Positions 30,003 through 42,896 of a stretch of DNA of 64,000 bases are shown one piece after another. How positions within the stretch are numbered: position 1 is the first letter of the stretch; the number at the start of each line of letters is the position of its first letter. The DNA comes from the human T2T-CHM13v2.0 reference genome, Homo sapiens: assembly GCF_009914755.1 (NCBI RefSeq), contig NC_060925.1, one strand, 5' to 3'. A program made the position numbers and the translations under genes. The notes beneath the pieces were generated by a model that saw only the letters and a list, made by a program, of their open reading frames with translations, searched no databases and was not told the DNA's origin.

Positions 30003-30330
30003 GGCCAGGTGCTGTCACTCACACCCATAATCCCAGCATTTTGGGAAGCCAAGGTGGGAGGATTGCTTAAGCCCAGGAATTCCAGACCAGCCTGGGCAAC
30101 ATGGTGAGACCCTCATCTCTACAAAAAGAAAAAAGAAAAAAAAAAATAGCCAGGTGCAGTGGTGTGTGTCTGTGGTCCCAGCCACTTAGGAGGCTGAGAT
30201 GAGAGGATGGCTTGAGCCTGGGAGGCTGAAGCTGCAGTAAGCCCTGATTATTCTACTGTACTCCAGCCTGGGTAATAGAGCCAGACTCTGTCTCAAAAAA
30301 AAAAAAAAAAAAAAATGACAACAACAACAA
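30003..30330 (+). mobile_element. AluJ
   Basis: AluJ motifs GGATTGCTTAAGCCCAGGA; TSD AAAACCAAAG(C/T)TGA. Confidence 0.9.
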
Positions 30331-31546
30331 AAAACCAAAGTTGATACTTTTAAAATATCAACTTTGATATCAACTTTTAAATATTTTAAATATTTTTAAA
30401 ATATCGACTTTTAAATATCTTAAAAATATTTCTAAATATTCCCCAACTTTGGGCAGATTCATTTCATTCTGTAGCAAATTGGTTTCTGCATTTGGGCTGA
30501 ACCACTTGATAGACATATACTCTGCAGTTATATATATAATACATATTTTACACTCTATAGTAAGTTGCCTGAAGTGCCCAATATATTCTAAGAACATGAA
30601 AGAAATGATACCAAAATAAATGATTTCCATCAGCCCCTTGAAAGTGTCTGAGACCTCACTTATTTCTCTATTGTTCTGCCTCATTCTGTGTAATTGCACT
30701 GGATAAAACATTACCTGGTCTAAATTGTCTTGTCAATAGAACTTTCACTTTCTCTTTTTTGTGCCTCTGCTTCTCATACTCCTATAGCCATTCAGACCCT
30801 GGCTTTGTTTTCTCTCATCTCTCCTGAGCCCTCGGCTTATGTCCACAGGGACTGGCTCTCTGTGGAGGAGAAAGGACTGGCTCTCTGTGTGGAGATTTCT
30901 GGCTCTCTCTTCAAGCTCCCAACTCTGCTCTGTTCTACTCACCCCAGCCCTCACCTTCCAGCAGTGCATCTAGAATGGGCCCTTCTGCCATATTTGCATT
31001 CCACGGCTCTCTCATTCAGTCCCCCACTGACCTCCCCCAGCCTTCACTATTTGAAGCAGGGTAGGCATTTTCCTTGATTCCGCCAAGCAGATTTTCAATT
31101 CCTAGGATTCTGTAGTTGAGCCTCAGGGATCGTTCCTAAAATCTTTTAGGTGGTGAGAGTGAGAAGCCACCTGAGACCAGGCCTGGGAGGGCCAAGGTTG
31201 ACCTTGTCAGGGCTGCAGTGGAGAAAGCCAGATGTTTTAGATGGCCATGAAGCCAAGGGAAAGAGATCGGGAGGCTCTGAGAGGCCGCGTGGGAACCTGG
31301 TTCTTGTGGAGATCCCAGTTCTGGGAACCAGCCCTTTGGAACCTGACCAACTTGCCTGTACTTGCCCTATTTTGCTTAAGCTGGGGAGTTCTGTTTCTTG
31401 TACCCCTAATCATGGCTGCCTCCAATCTCACCTTTAATTTGCTGGGAAGCTTTAGCTAACGGCACCTGCCCCACCTTCACTGCAGCTTTATTCTGCCTCT
31501 AACTTTACCATGTCAGGAAGAAATCTGATCTAATCTCATCTCTCTA

Positions 31547-31885
31547 TATTATGGGCTGAACCGTCTCCCTCTAAAAATTCACATGTTGCAGTCCTAACCT
31601 CCAGGACCTCAGAATGCAACTGTATTTGAAGATAGGACCTCTAAAGAGGTAAGCAAGTTAGAATAGAATGAGCTCATTAGGGAGGGCCCTACTGCAATAT
31701 GAATGCTGTCCTTACAAGAAGAGAAGCCCGGGACAAAGATGCACTCCAAGGGAGGACCATGTGAGGACACAGGGAGAAGATGGCCATCTGCAAGCCAAGG
31801 AGAGAGACCTCAGGAGAAACCAACCCTGCTGACACCTCAATCTTGAACTTCCAGTCTCCGGAATTGTGAACAAGTAATATAGCTG
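31547..31885 (+). mobile_element. MLT1B/C-like MaLR LTR
   Basis: TATGGGCTGAA...AGAAGATGGCCATCTGCAAGCCAAGGAGAGAG. Confidence 0.85.
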
Positions 31886-32513
31886 AGAGCAGCCACCAAC
31901 TTTTCATTGCTCAGGGAAAAATCTTGGAACCAAACTTACCTCCTTCTTTCTCCCAAACCCTACCTCCCACCCATCAGGAAATACTGCTGGTTCCACCCTC
32001 ACTGCTGGCTCTTCTCTTCTGCTTGCTCCCACACTGGTCTCAGCACCAGCAAGCGGAAGAGTTTCCCAAAAGGTCGGAAAGACTGCTTCTGCCCCTGCCT
32101 TGTGTAATCAAACTCAACACAGCAGCCAGCATCAGATGTGTTTGCTCTTCTGCCCAAAACCCTCCACTCAGAGTAGAAGCTAATCCTGAAAGCACCCTGC
32201 AGGATCCTACATTCTCCAACTCACTGTGACCTTCTGACCCAGCTCCGACCTCTTCCTTCTTATTCTCAATTCACCATGCAGGCTGGACAAGCTCTGCCTC
32301 AGAGACTTCGCCTGACTGCTTTAGCTCCTGCATGGAAGGCCCTTCTCCCAGGTGCCTGCTTGGCTGATTCTCTCACCTCCCTCTAGTCTGGGCTCAGATA
32401 ACCCCTGCTCACCATATCCAGGGTGGCCACTGAGTCCGCACTCACTGTCACTCTCCCCTTCCCTGCTCCACCTGTCCTTGTGTGCAGTGTACATGTGACC
32501 TTCTAACACACTA

Positions 32514-32921
32514 CAGGGGACCCTTGAACAACATGGGGGTTAGGGCACTGACCCCCTTCGTGGTCAAAAATCCACGTATAACTTTTGACTCCCCCAAGAC
32601 TTACCTACTAATAGCCTACTGTTGACTAGAAGACTTACTGATAACATAAACAATTACCACATACTGTGTATATGTCTTAAATACTGTGTCCATACAATAC
32701 AGTAAGCCGGAGAAAAGAAATTATTAAGAAAATCATGAGGAAGAGAAAATACATTTCCTATTCATTAATTGGAAATGGATGATCATAAAGGTCTTCATTC
32801 TCATTGTCTTCATGTTGAGTAGGCTGAAGTAAAGGAGGAAAAGAGGAGTTCTTCTTGCTGTCTCAAGGGTGGCAGAAGATCCACATATGAGTAGACCTCA
32901 TGTGGTTCAAGGGCCAATTTG
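32514..32921. mobile_element. Tigger2a/MER8-like DNA transposon
   Basis: TIRs CAG.GACCCTTGAACAAC and GTTCAAGGG.CAA.TG, flanked by TA. Confidence 0.85.
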
Positions 32922-32999
32922 TATTTACTCTACCTACTCATTGTGTTGAATGCTTACTGCCAGTCCCTCCCTTCCCCATCCACCACTGCACTACAGTAG

Positions 33000-33646
<647 letters not shown>

Positions 33647-33721
33647 TAAGTCTGTTTTGTTCCCTGATGTAACCCAAGTTTCTAGAACAGTGCCTGGCAC
33701 AAAGCAAGCGCCTAATAGAGA

Positions 33722-33817
33722 ATGGCTGATGGAATAAATAGAACTTCTCACTAAAGTCCACCCATTTCCTTAAGTCTGGGGCTATGGGGGCGTCTTTAAC
33801 CATGAGTCTCCTTTCCT
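33722..33817 (+). repeat. Copy A of a 96-bp local duplication (partner 37642-37737)
   Basis: Ungapped alignment with 8 mismatches; the last 51 bp are identical. Confidence 0.97.
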
Positions 33818-36799
33818 GCCTAAACCTTCCCACTCAAGTCCAGCTGCTGCTGCTTCCCAGCCAGCTCTTGTTTGATTCCTCCCTGCTCCCTCAGAGACCT
33901 GACTGGAGCTCAGATCTGCCCCACCCCATCCAGCTGCAGAGCATGGACTCGTCCCCTTACCCCAACAGGTCCTGAAATCACCTATTAATCTTTTAAAATG
34001 TTGCTTTTATCCTACCACTCCCTTGCTCTAAAAAACCCACCACCCCTCTGTCAGCTGTTGGATCAAGTTCAGGTATAGCAGCCTGAGAGCCAAGCTCTCA
34101 GATCCAGGGCCTATCCTCCTCCACCACAGCTGTCTGCGGTCGAGAACGCCTCCCAGAATGCTCACCCTCATGTCTGAACCATACCCATCCTCCAAAGCCC
34201 AACTCAAACCCTCCCCTCGACCCTTCCTTGGAACTCCAGCCCACACCGATGGGTCCATTCTCTGACTTCTCCCCACAACAATTGAGGGCAGCTCCTGATT
34301 TAAAAGTTGGATTAATGCAGCAGGAGATTAAGGACAATAAACCTTTTATCATTTGGAAATCCCCAAGAGATTTTGATAGCAACTAGACTTGCTCCCCGCC
34401 ATATATATTACATTTAAAATTTTCTGTTAACCTCTTAAGTGTCCATATCCAGCATTTGCCACTTTATTTATTGCCTTACTATCTATTTCACATGTGCGTG
34501 CTCTGTTTGTCAAACAAGGGAATAAGTTCCTTGAGGGTAAAGGCTGGTTTATACAGTGATACGTTGATTAGAAATTCCTTGGGAACAAGGCTCATTTATT
34601 CAAAATCGACTATGCTCAAAAATAAAAACAAAACATCTTCATAAGTCATTCTAAGCAGAGCTGCCAGCTTACAGCTGCATGTCAGAAATATTTCAATGCA
34701 CAGTTTCTGTTTGTCTCTACCGATTCTGAAGTTAACGAGACCCGTCTTGGGGAGAATCTGCAGTCTGAGAAGTTTGCTCTTGGCATGCAGAGCCTCCTCA
34801 TTTCCAACTTGAGCTTCCGCAGCACCATTGTCAGGCCCCTGAAAGGCGCACATCTCCACCTCCCCACCTCCCCAACCTCCTGCAGAGTGGATAGACCTAG
34901 GAGACTGCCCTTTATCTTCATGGATGCATTGAAACTGACTCCCTCTGGACTGTGTGCACTGCACTCACTCTTAGAAGGTGTGAGATTTTTCTGAAGGCAG
35001 AGATGTTCTTCACCTTCTTCATCCGTGCACTCCAGTAATCTAGAATAGAGCTTGGCAAAACGTAAATACTCAATAAATATTTGTGGAATCGGTGATTGTT
35101 ATCTCAATGGGCATTTATACTTTCAACCTTTTATCTCCAGTTGTTTCATAAATTGTTGAGGACTTGTCAATTACCTACATGGGAGAAATGTTCTCCCTCC
35201 CCACACCTTCTTAAGCAAAAATGCCCCTGATGTTTCAATTAGGCTGGTCAATCTGACCTGTAGCTGGCCTAGCCTCCCTCAGGAGGAGGTGATTCATGGA
35301 GACTTTCCCATTGTCTTTCCAGCTCACTGCCTGGTTCTTGAAGAGGACAAGCTATGGTGGGATCCCTTTCTCATGGCCCATCGTCATCATGTCTACAGAC
35401 TCATCCAGCCCCTCTTTTGAGCCCCCTTCTCTCCAGGGCTCTCCTCTATCACTTACCTCTGCAAAGGTCAAGCATTCATCCTTAACAATGACCTAATTCT
35501 GCCCTCCCGTCCCCTCCCTAGGACTTCCAAATGCACCATTTTATGTTGCTCTATTTGGGATCTGATTTAAGGACTTTTCTTAGTAAAAACCTCTCTTTTC
35601 CGACATCCTGAAGAGTCCCATATCATTTCTCTTCCTGGTTCAGAAGTTTCTAACAAAGATAATCTGCCTGGTAAAGAAACCTGCTTGCTAACGGAGCTAT
35701 AATTTGGGGTGCTTTAAAAAAAACCTCCTAGTGAATTATATCCAGGACAAAAAATCTTCATGGAGCTAAATTTAATCATTAGCAGCTCAAGGACAGGAAC
35801 CCATAGTGTACATTTTCATTTTTTTTTCTCACTGTTTGTAGAAGTCCTAGGCCCAGCACAGACCTGTAATAAACACCTGTTGAATAATTGTTGAATAACT
35901 GATTGATTGACAGCCTGCTGAGTATGCCAGATGTTTCTGTCTGGCTACAATGTCTGGGTTTTTCTTTTCTTCTATAAAAATTGTTATGATTTTCAATGCA
36001 ATTATTCACCAGATTTTCCTCATGTGCCTTTATTTTTCTTTTTCTCCCAGCTTTTCATTTTGAAAAGTTTAAGTTATAGATACAAGTTGAAAGAACAGAA
36101 TAATAACCCCATTATGCTCTCTACCTGGATCCAACAATGAGTGTTTTCCCACATTTGTTTTTATCTCTTGCTATATCTATGCCTATATTTGTATAACTCT
36201 CTACAATATAAATACTTTCATTGCTAGGTCATTTGAAATTAAGTTGTAGACATCAAGAACTTTACCCATAAATACTCCAGCACACAGCTCCTAAGAATGA
36301 GGACATTTTTCTAAGTAACCACAATAGCAATATCACAGCTAAAAAATTAATAATAACTCCAAAATATAATCTAATACCCCTTCATTTATTCTTAAATTAG
36401 AAAAGCTTGCCTTTTGATCAGACAATGACTTTGCTTTCCAAAGTGGAATTGTGGTCCTAGTTCCCTACAGATCCATTAGGATTTATAGGTATAGTCAAGA
36501 TGTACAGTTCACATAAGATAGTTGCATTCTCTGGTTCTGGGATGACAAAGGGATGTTCAGGCCCCCAGAATGGGCTGTTTCTAGGGTAGACCAGGTCCAT
36601 CATCAAGTGGGACCAGGGAGATGTTGCTTTGGGACTCTGAGGGTTGCCATGAGCCCTACATACCTGTTAGAGTTTCTAACCCCACAGCTCCACAATGTAT
36701 GCTTGCTCTGTCTCTTTCTAAAATCCCTGTTTCTACTCTCCTTTGTCTACTTGCATTGGCAAATGGAAACACTATACACTAGTCAGCTCCACTCTTGGC

Positions 36800-36870
36800 A
36801 GTTCTGATTCAGTAGGTCTGGGATGGGAATCTCGAGAAATTTTATTTTTAAAAAGCTCTCCAAGATCTGC
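36800..36870 (+). mobile_element. MER5A fragment
   Basis: TTCTGATTCAGTAGGTCTGGGATGGG...TTTTTAAAAAGCTC. Confidence 0.7.
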
Positions 36871-37129
36871 AATCTGGCAGGGGGAGGGGGGAATGGAAAA
36901 TCCCTCATGAGTTACGTGGTCTGCCTACACAGCTCTGCACATCTTATGTATATGTGTTTGTGGGTTTCTGTAAAATGTCTCCAATTATCTTTGGAAGTGA
37001 GTGGAGTATAAACTATAAATAAACGAGAGACTTTCTCAGAACATCTATGTGCGGTGGGACCAGTCTTGGGGACTCTGCAGCTGAAGGTGGGGGACGGTGG
37101 AGAGAGACTGTGAACTTGAAGGGAGATGA

Positions 37130-37292
37130 CTGGCTGGGTCTGTGTTTGGTGCTGCCATTGGCTAATTACATGGATGGTTTTGGACAAGTTGCCTGACTTT
37201 TCTGAGCCTCAGTTTGTCATCCTCTAAGATGAGCAGAGTAATATGCACCTCATGAGACCTTGAGGTCGTGCATGTGAAAGTGCTTTGTAAAC
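37130..37292 (+). mobile_element. MIR
   Basis: TTGGACAAGTTGCCTGACTTTTCTGAGCCTCAGTTTGTCATC...GTGAAAGTGCTTTGTAAACT. Confidence 0.8.
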
Positions 37293-37641
37293 TACCTGCA
37301 GGAGTCTAAGTTGAGCCAGAGATAAGTTCACCCAAGAGCCCGGATCTGCCTGGGGGCAGGGGCAGGCACACAAGGAACTGGCTACCGGAGGAGCTGCGGG
37401 GCGTCTTGAGAAGAAGCTTACCCTAAAGGAAGGTAGCAACCACAGGCAGGAGGGGTAGGAAATGGGAAGGGGCATTGCTGGGGTTAGGTAAGTGTCGTCC
37501 GGGGCTAGGAGGATTCCGCTGGCTCCTTTCCCCAGGACGAAGGGAGGAAAGGGCTCTGATACAAGAGTGTACACGAACGAAAAGCACTGGCTGGAGATCA
37601 TCTATGTGGAATGTGGACAGGGCAAGGTGCCCGTAGCCCCT

Positions 37642-37653
37642 ATGGCTGACAGA
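37642..37653 (+). CDS. GALNT2: Coding end of the upstream alternative first exon of GALNT2 (MADR, no signal-anchor)
   Basis: ATGGCTGACAGA is followed by the consensus donor GTAAGT (GT at 37654). It is phase 0 like canonical exon 1, so it can join the same exon 2 in frame. This matches my recollection of an annotated GALNT2 isoform with a 12-nt coding first exon ~9 kb upstream. The exon's 5' boundary cannot be determined from sequence. Confidence 0.75.
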
Positions 37654-37737
37654 GTAAGTAGAACTTCTCACTAAAGTACACGTATGTCCTTAAGTCTGGG
37701 GCTATGGGGGCGTCTTTAACCATGAGTCTCCTTTCCT
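37642..37737 (+). repeat. Copy B of a 96-bp local duplication (partner 33722-33817)
   Basis: Offset 3920 bp from copy A, same orientation. Confidence 0.97.
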
Positions 37738-38089
37738 AGCACTCCTGACACTGGCCTCCTCCTTCCTAGGCCCAACTCTCAGGCTCACTCAGGGGCAGCC
37801 TGGGCTGGTGAAGCATCAGCAGAGGCCGTAGTGCTATGAGTGCTGGCTGGCGGCACGGCGACATATTCCCTGGGAGCCTGAGATGAGAGGGTTACACAGC
37901 GGGGAAGGTGGGAACAAGAAGACTGCCTTTCAGCAGAATGTCCCCAGGATCCCCTAAGCCCCCGTGATGCTGTGCTCGGTCGCTTTCCTGCCCCACCCTC
38001 TCCAGATAGCTGCTGTCCTGCCTAATGGGAAGATTCCTTTCCCCCACCGGCAAGTGTGCCAAGTGCCTCCTAGTGACTCAGTCTCCCTG

Positions 38090-38250
38090 ACTCTGCTACT
38101 CGCTGAGCTGCCTTGGGCAAGGCACTTAACAGCACCCTGCTATAAAACTGAAATAGTGAGAGCATTTACTTGATAGGACTGTTGCGAAGATTTAATAAAA
38201 TAATACACAAACAGTGCCTGGCATATGGTAAGCACATCATTAATGTTTAT
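38090..38250 (+). mobile_element. MIR
   Basis: CCTTGGGCAAGGCACTTAAC...ACAGTGCCTGGCATATGGTAAGCAC. Confidence 0.8.
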
Positions 38251-39817
38251 ATGTTCAGGGCAATCGATTCCTTTAACCTAAATCACATTTGATAAACTAT
38301 TTCTCAGTCACAATTCAAGCCAAGCAATTTCTGGGAAGACCGCAGCAGGTGGTTAACACTGTCCCCGGGGTGTGGGGATTTTGAGCTTAGTGTCACTAAG
38401 AGCTGCTCACTGAGGATAGAACTGTAGTACTTCAAAGTGTCCCCTCTCATTAAAGACAGCCCATTGTGGGTCCTGGGAGTATGACAGGGCCTGGGCAAGC
38501 TCTTCCATATCTTCTTTTTATAATAACCTCCATAGAAATGTGCTTTCAGTTTGGTGGGAGGGGCGTGCGAACGAGTTCCCATTATCCAATTTCAGTGTTT
38601 AATATTTTGTTCCTTTTAAGCAGTCATAATTTTGTTTCTCCTTTTCTCCTGATTGGGTATTGTCCCCCTTTAAAGTATTTTAGAAAAAAGGAAATTGGAC
38701 AATCAGATTATAAGAAAGGTTCTATTGTGCAAAGTCACAATGTATCATTAAATTGTACAGGGCTCCCGACAACTCTGACAACAGTAACTGGTACAGTGAA
38801 TTGGCAGCAGAAACGCTGAAGCTGTATTTATGTGCTGCTACAAATATGTAGCTATTCTTACTGTACTATACAGTCAGGAAAAAGCCCTAAGGGCTTCTGG
38901 CATGAAAATGTTACATTGATAAATGACAGCCACGGTGCTGAACAGTACTAGGGGCTGACAAAAGGCAAGTCAATGTATATAGAGTTTCCTACTCATTACC
39001 TTACCTGTAAACACTAGAAGTCATGCACAAGTGTTTGAAAGTGTCTGTGGAGATGTGTTAGGAAAGTAAATGAAGGTAGAAGAAAGACAAGGAGCGGGTG
39101 TTTATATGCCAGCCGTCTAGGGAAGCAAGTTGTAGTATCTTTTAGACGCTTGGGCTGTGGGGTTGTTGCAATGGAATGTTTTTAGGTTTCTGCCTTTTAT
39201 CTAATCAGCAGAATGAAACTTCAGGGTCACCATATTGCATGTAAAACCACTTTTAAAGAAAACGATTTCAAACTTACCAAAAAAGTTGCAAAAATAGTGC
39301 AGAGAATTCACCTATGTCCTTTACCCAGACTCGCCATTTTAAAATATTTTGCCACTTTTTTTTATCATTCTCTCTCTATATTTTTCTTGAATCTTTTGAA
39401 AGCAGCTCGTGTATGTCATGCCCCCTTAACCCTTGATACTTTAGTTTATATTTCCTAACAAATATCATATTTCCTAACATTCTTCTAAGCAACTATAGTA
39501 CAGTTAGCAGAATCAGAAAATTGGACATTATACTATTTACCATAGTGTACCATGGTATATCAGACTATGCTATAGTCCGTAGTCCTGTTTTATTCATTGT
39601 CCTACTCATGTTCTCCATAGTATTTTTACTTTCCACTACAGGGGCTTTATTGCATTTAGATATCATGTCTCTTCAGGTCCATTAATCTGGGACATTTCCT
39701 TACTCTTTCTTTGTCTTTCACAATAGCCAAAGTGACATTTCTGAAGAATACAAACCACTTACTTTACAGAATGTTCCCCATTTTTTTCCTGATATTTATT
39801 CACATCCTTGGCCAGAA

Positions 39818-39932
39818 TACATATTTTCATTTGAATATATTCTCCCTTGGACACCTTGTAATTATTCTTTGTTTCTGGGATAGTTTTTGTCATTATTTTC
39901 AATTTCCTTCTTGAATTTGCTCAACCCTTGTT
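39818..39932 (+). repeat. Inserted copy of a 115-bp local duplication (source 44819-44933)
   Basis: 2 mismatches in 115 bp; flanked by direct repeat ACATCCTTGGCCAGAATACA (39802-39821 / 39938-39957). Confidence 0.97.
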
Positions 39933-40767
39933 TATATACATCCTTGGCCAGAATACAAAAACCATGATGCTGTCACCTTCTCAGAGTCTCTCTGCAGACT
40001 CAGGATATCCATCTGACCCTCATAAGTGATGCTAGTTTTGGTCACCTGGCCAAGGTGCTGCCTATTTCTCCACCAGCTACTAAATCCCCCATCCCCTCAC
40101 CACCACCACCCCCACCCAGCAGTGAATAATATGTCTATTATCCAACTAAGAAATGTCTGTTGAAAGACACTTGAAGACCTTGTAAATCTCCTCCTTTTCA
40201 TCAAACTCTTCCTCCCCTAACCACTTCAGCATCCATTCAGGTGTCTTCTCCAAACAAACCTTTACTGCGATGGTTGTAAGATGGTGATCCACTCTTCCCT
40301 GAATGTCTATCAGTTGGCATTCTACTCAAAGAGTTCTCCTTTTGTCCATTTATTTATTATCATTGTGTATGCCTAGATTTCTACTTTATTCAGTGTTTAT
40401 TTTGATGCATATATGGTCTTAGATTTAGCCAGTGGGGCCCCTTCAAGCTGGCTCCTATGTCCTTTTAACATTGTGCTCTCTCTCTCCTCTGCTTCTCTCT
40501 TTCTCTCTCTCTCGCTCTTTCTGCCCTTCCTTACTTTCTAGTACAACAAGATGTTCCAGGCTCATTTAATACCCTCTCAACCCCAGTCCTGGAATCAATA
40601 ATTTCTCCAGTGAACTCTTACAGTGGAGAATGGTATTTAGAAACCAAGATCTGGGTGCAAGGGGTGCTCATTGCTACTGGGATATTATTAATCGGGGCCC
40701 TTTAAGTGGACAGATCTAGGAAATATGTATGTATATTTGTTTAAATATGCATACATATGAGCATAGA

Positions 40768-40794
40768 TGTGTGTGTGTGTGTGTGTGTGTGTGT
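40768..40794. repeat. (TG)n microsatellite
   Basis: Read directly from the sequence. Confidence 0.95.
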
Positions 40795-42599
40795 CTGTAT
40801 GAAATAATGAGTTCATACCGCTATCTCTAATTACAAATCTACTCCACAGGAATCTTTCTTGCCTTCTTCCATCCCATTCTGTATCTCCCTTCTTCCATAG
40901 TGAAAAGCCTAGCTCCCCAAAACAATGTATTTCCTGATTTGCTCAATTGCATACCATGCATAAAATAATACAATTGCTATACCCATAACACTATGAAAAA
41001 AATAAAGGGCTTTAAAATTCTTTCCAGTTCTAGGCTGAGAGCACATAGCTGGCATACTTTGTTTAAAGTTATGAATATTTTTTTAAGCTTTATATTATTC
41101 ATTTATAATATAATTGGATTCAGATATTTCTGTTTGGATTCAGTTTTTATTCCTCTCCCCTCAGCTTTCTTGATTTTATTTTGTTTTTTTAATATAGAGA
41201 ACACTATCATGTTTCCAAAATTTAAGCCTGGAAAAACAGTATACTCAGAGAAGCATCAATTCTTCTCCTATCCCTTCTACCTTTCCCTCCCACCCCTTCT
41301 AGGTAACCAACTCAATTGTTTTCTGGTTTACCACTATTGTGTATGTGAGTGTGTATGTGTGTTTTGCCAAAATATGCAGATACATGTGTCTTTTCTTTTC
41401 TGCATGGAGTGCTTTCCAGTGAAAACCAGCAAACCTTCTACACAAGTTCTAAAAGAGCTATAACACTTACATGTATGTTTTCTTCTAGTCCCTTCTTTGT
41501 TACAGATAAAGTAGCAGATGATACATACCCTATTGCAACTTCCTTTTTTCATTTAACAAAATATCCTGGATATTACGCTATATGTGTTCACGGACGTCTT
41601 CCTTATTTATTTATTTATTTTTGTAGTCTTGCCAACAGAATGTTTTGTCAAACTTTTGATTTTTTACCGGTTTGATGGGAGGATAAATAGTATGTTTGTA
41701 GTTTTAATTTACAACTCTATTAAGAGCAAAGTTTAATGTCTTTCCATATGTTTATGGACTCTTTGTAGATCTTTACTATGAATTGTCTGTTTATGCTTTT
41801 CGCCATTTTTTATAGGAGATTTGGGGTTTTTCCTTAATGTTAAGTACTTTATATGTCAGAGATATTACCTTTTTATCTATAATGTTGTGGAAATAATTTC
41901 TCCCAACTTGTCATTTGTAGTTTTTTCAAATTGTGATGAAATATACATCACATTAAATTTACCATCATAACCATTTTAAGTGTATAATTCTGTGCCATTA
42001 AGTACATTTACCATCCATCTCCAGAATGTTATCATCTCAAACCGAAACTCCGAACTCATAAATAATAATGGGAACTCCTAATTCCTCTCTTCCTCAAGCC
42101 CCTGGTGACTGCCATTTTACTTTTTGCCTCTATGATTTTGGTTACTGTAGGAAACTCATATAAGTGAAATCATTTGGTATTTGTCTTTTTGTGTCTCGCT
42201 CATTTCATCTAGCATATTGTCCTCAAGGTTCATCCATGTTCTGGTATGTGTTAGAATTTTCTTCTTTTTTAGGGCTGAATAATATTCCATTGCATGGATA
42301 TACCACATTCTGCTTGTCCATTTATCTGTTGATAGATATTTGTGTTGTCCCACCCTTTGGCCACTGTAAATAACACTGCTATGAATGTGGATATACAAAT
42401 ATCCGTTTGAGTCGCTGCTTTCAATTCCTTTATGTATACAACCAGAAATGGAATTGCTGGATCATATAGTAGTTCTAAATTTAATTTTTTGAGGAACCAC
42501 TATACCATTTTCAACAGCAGTGCGTAAGGGTTCCAATTTCTCTACATCCTCACCAACACTTGTTATTTATTTATTTATTTATTTTAAAAATGTTTTATA

Positions 42600-42896
<297 letters not shown>

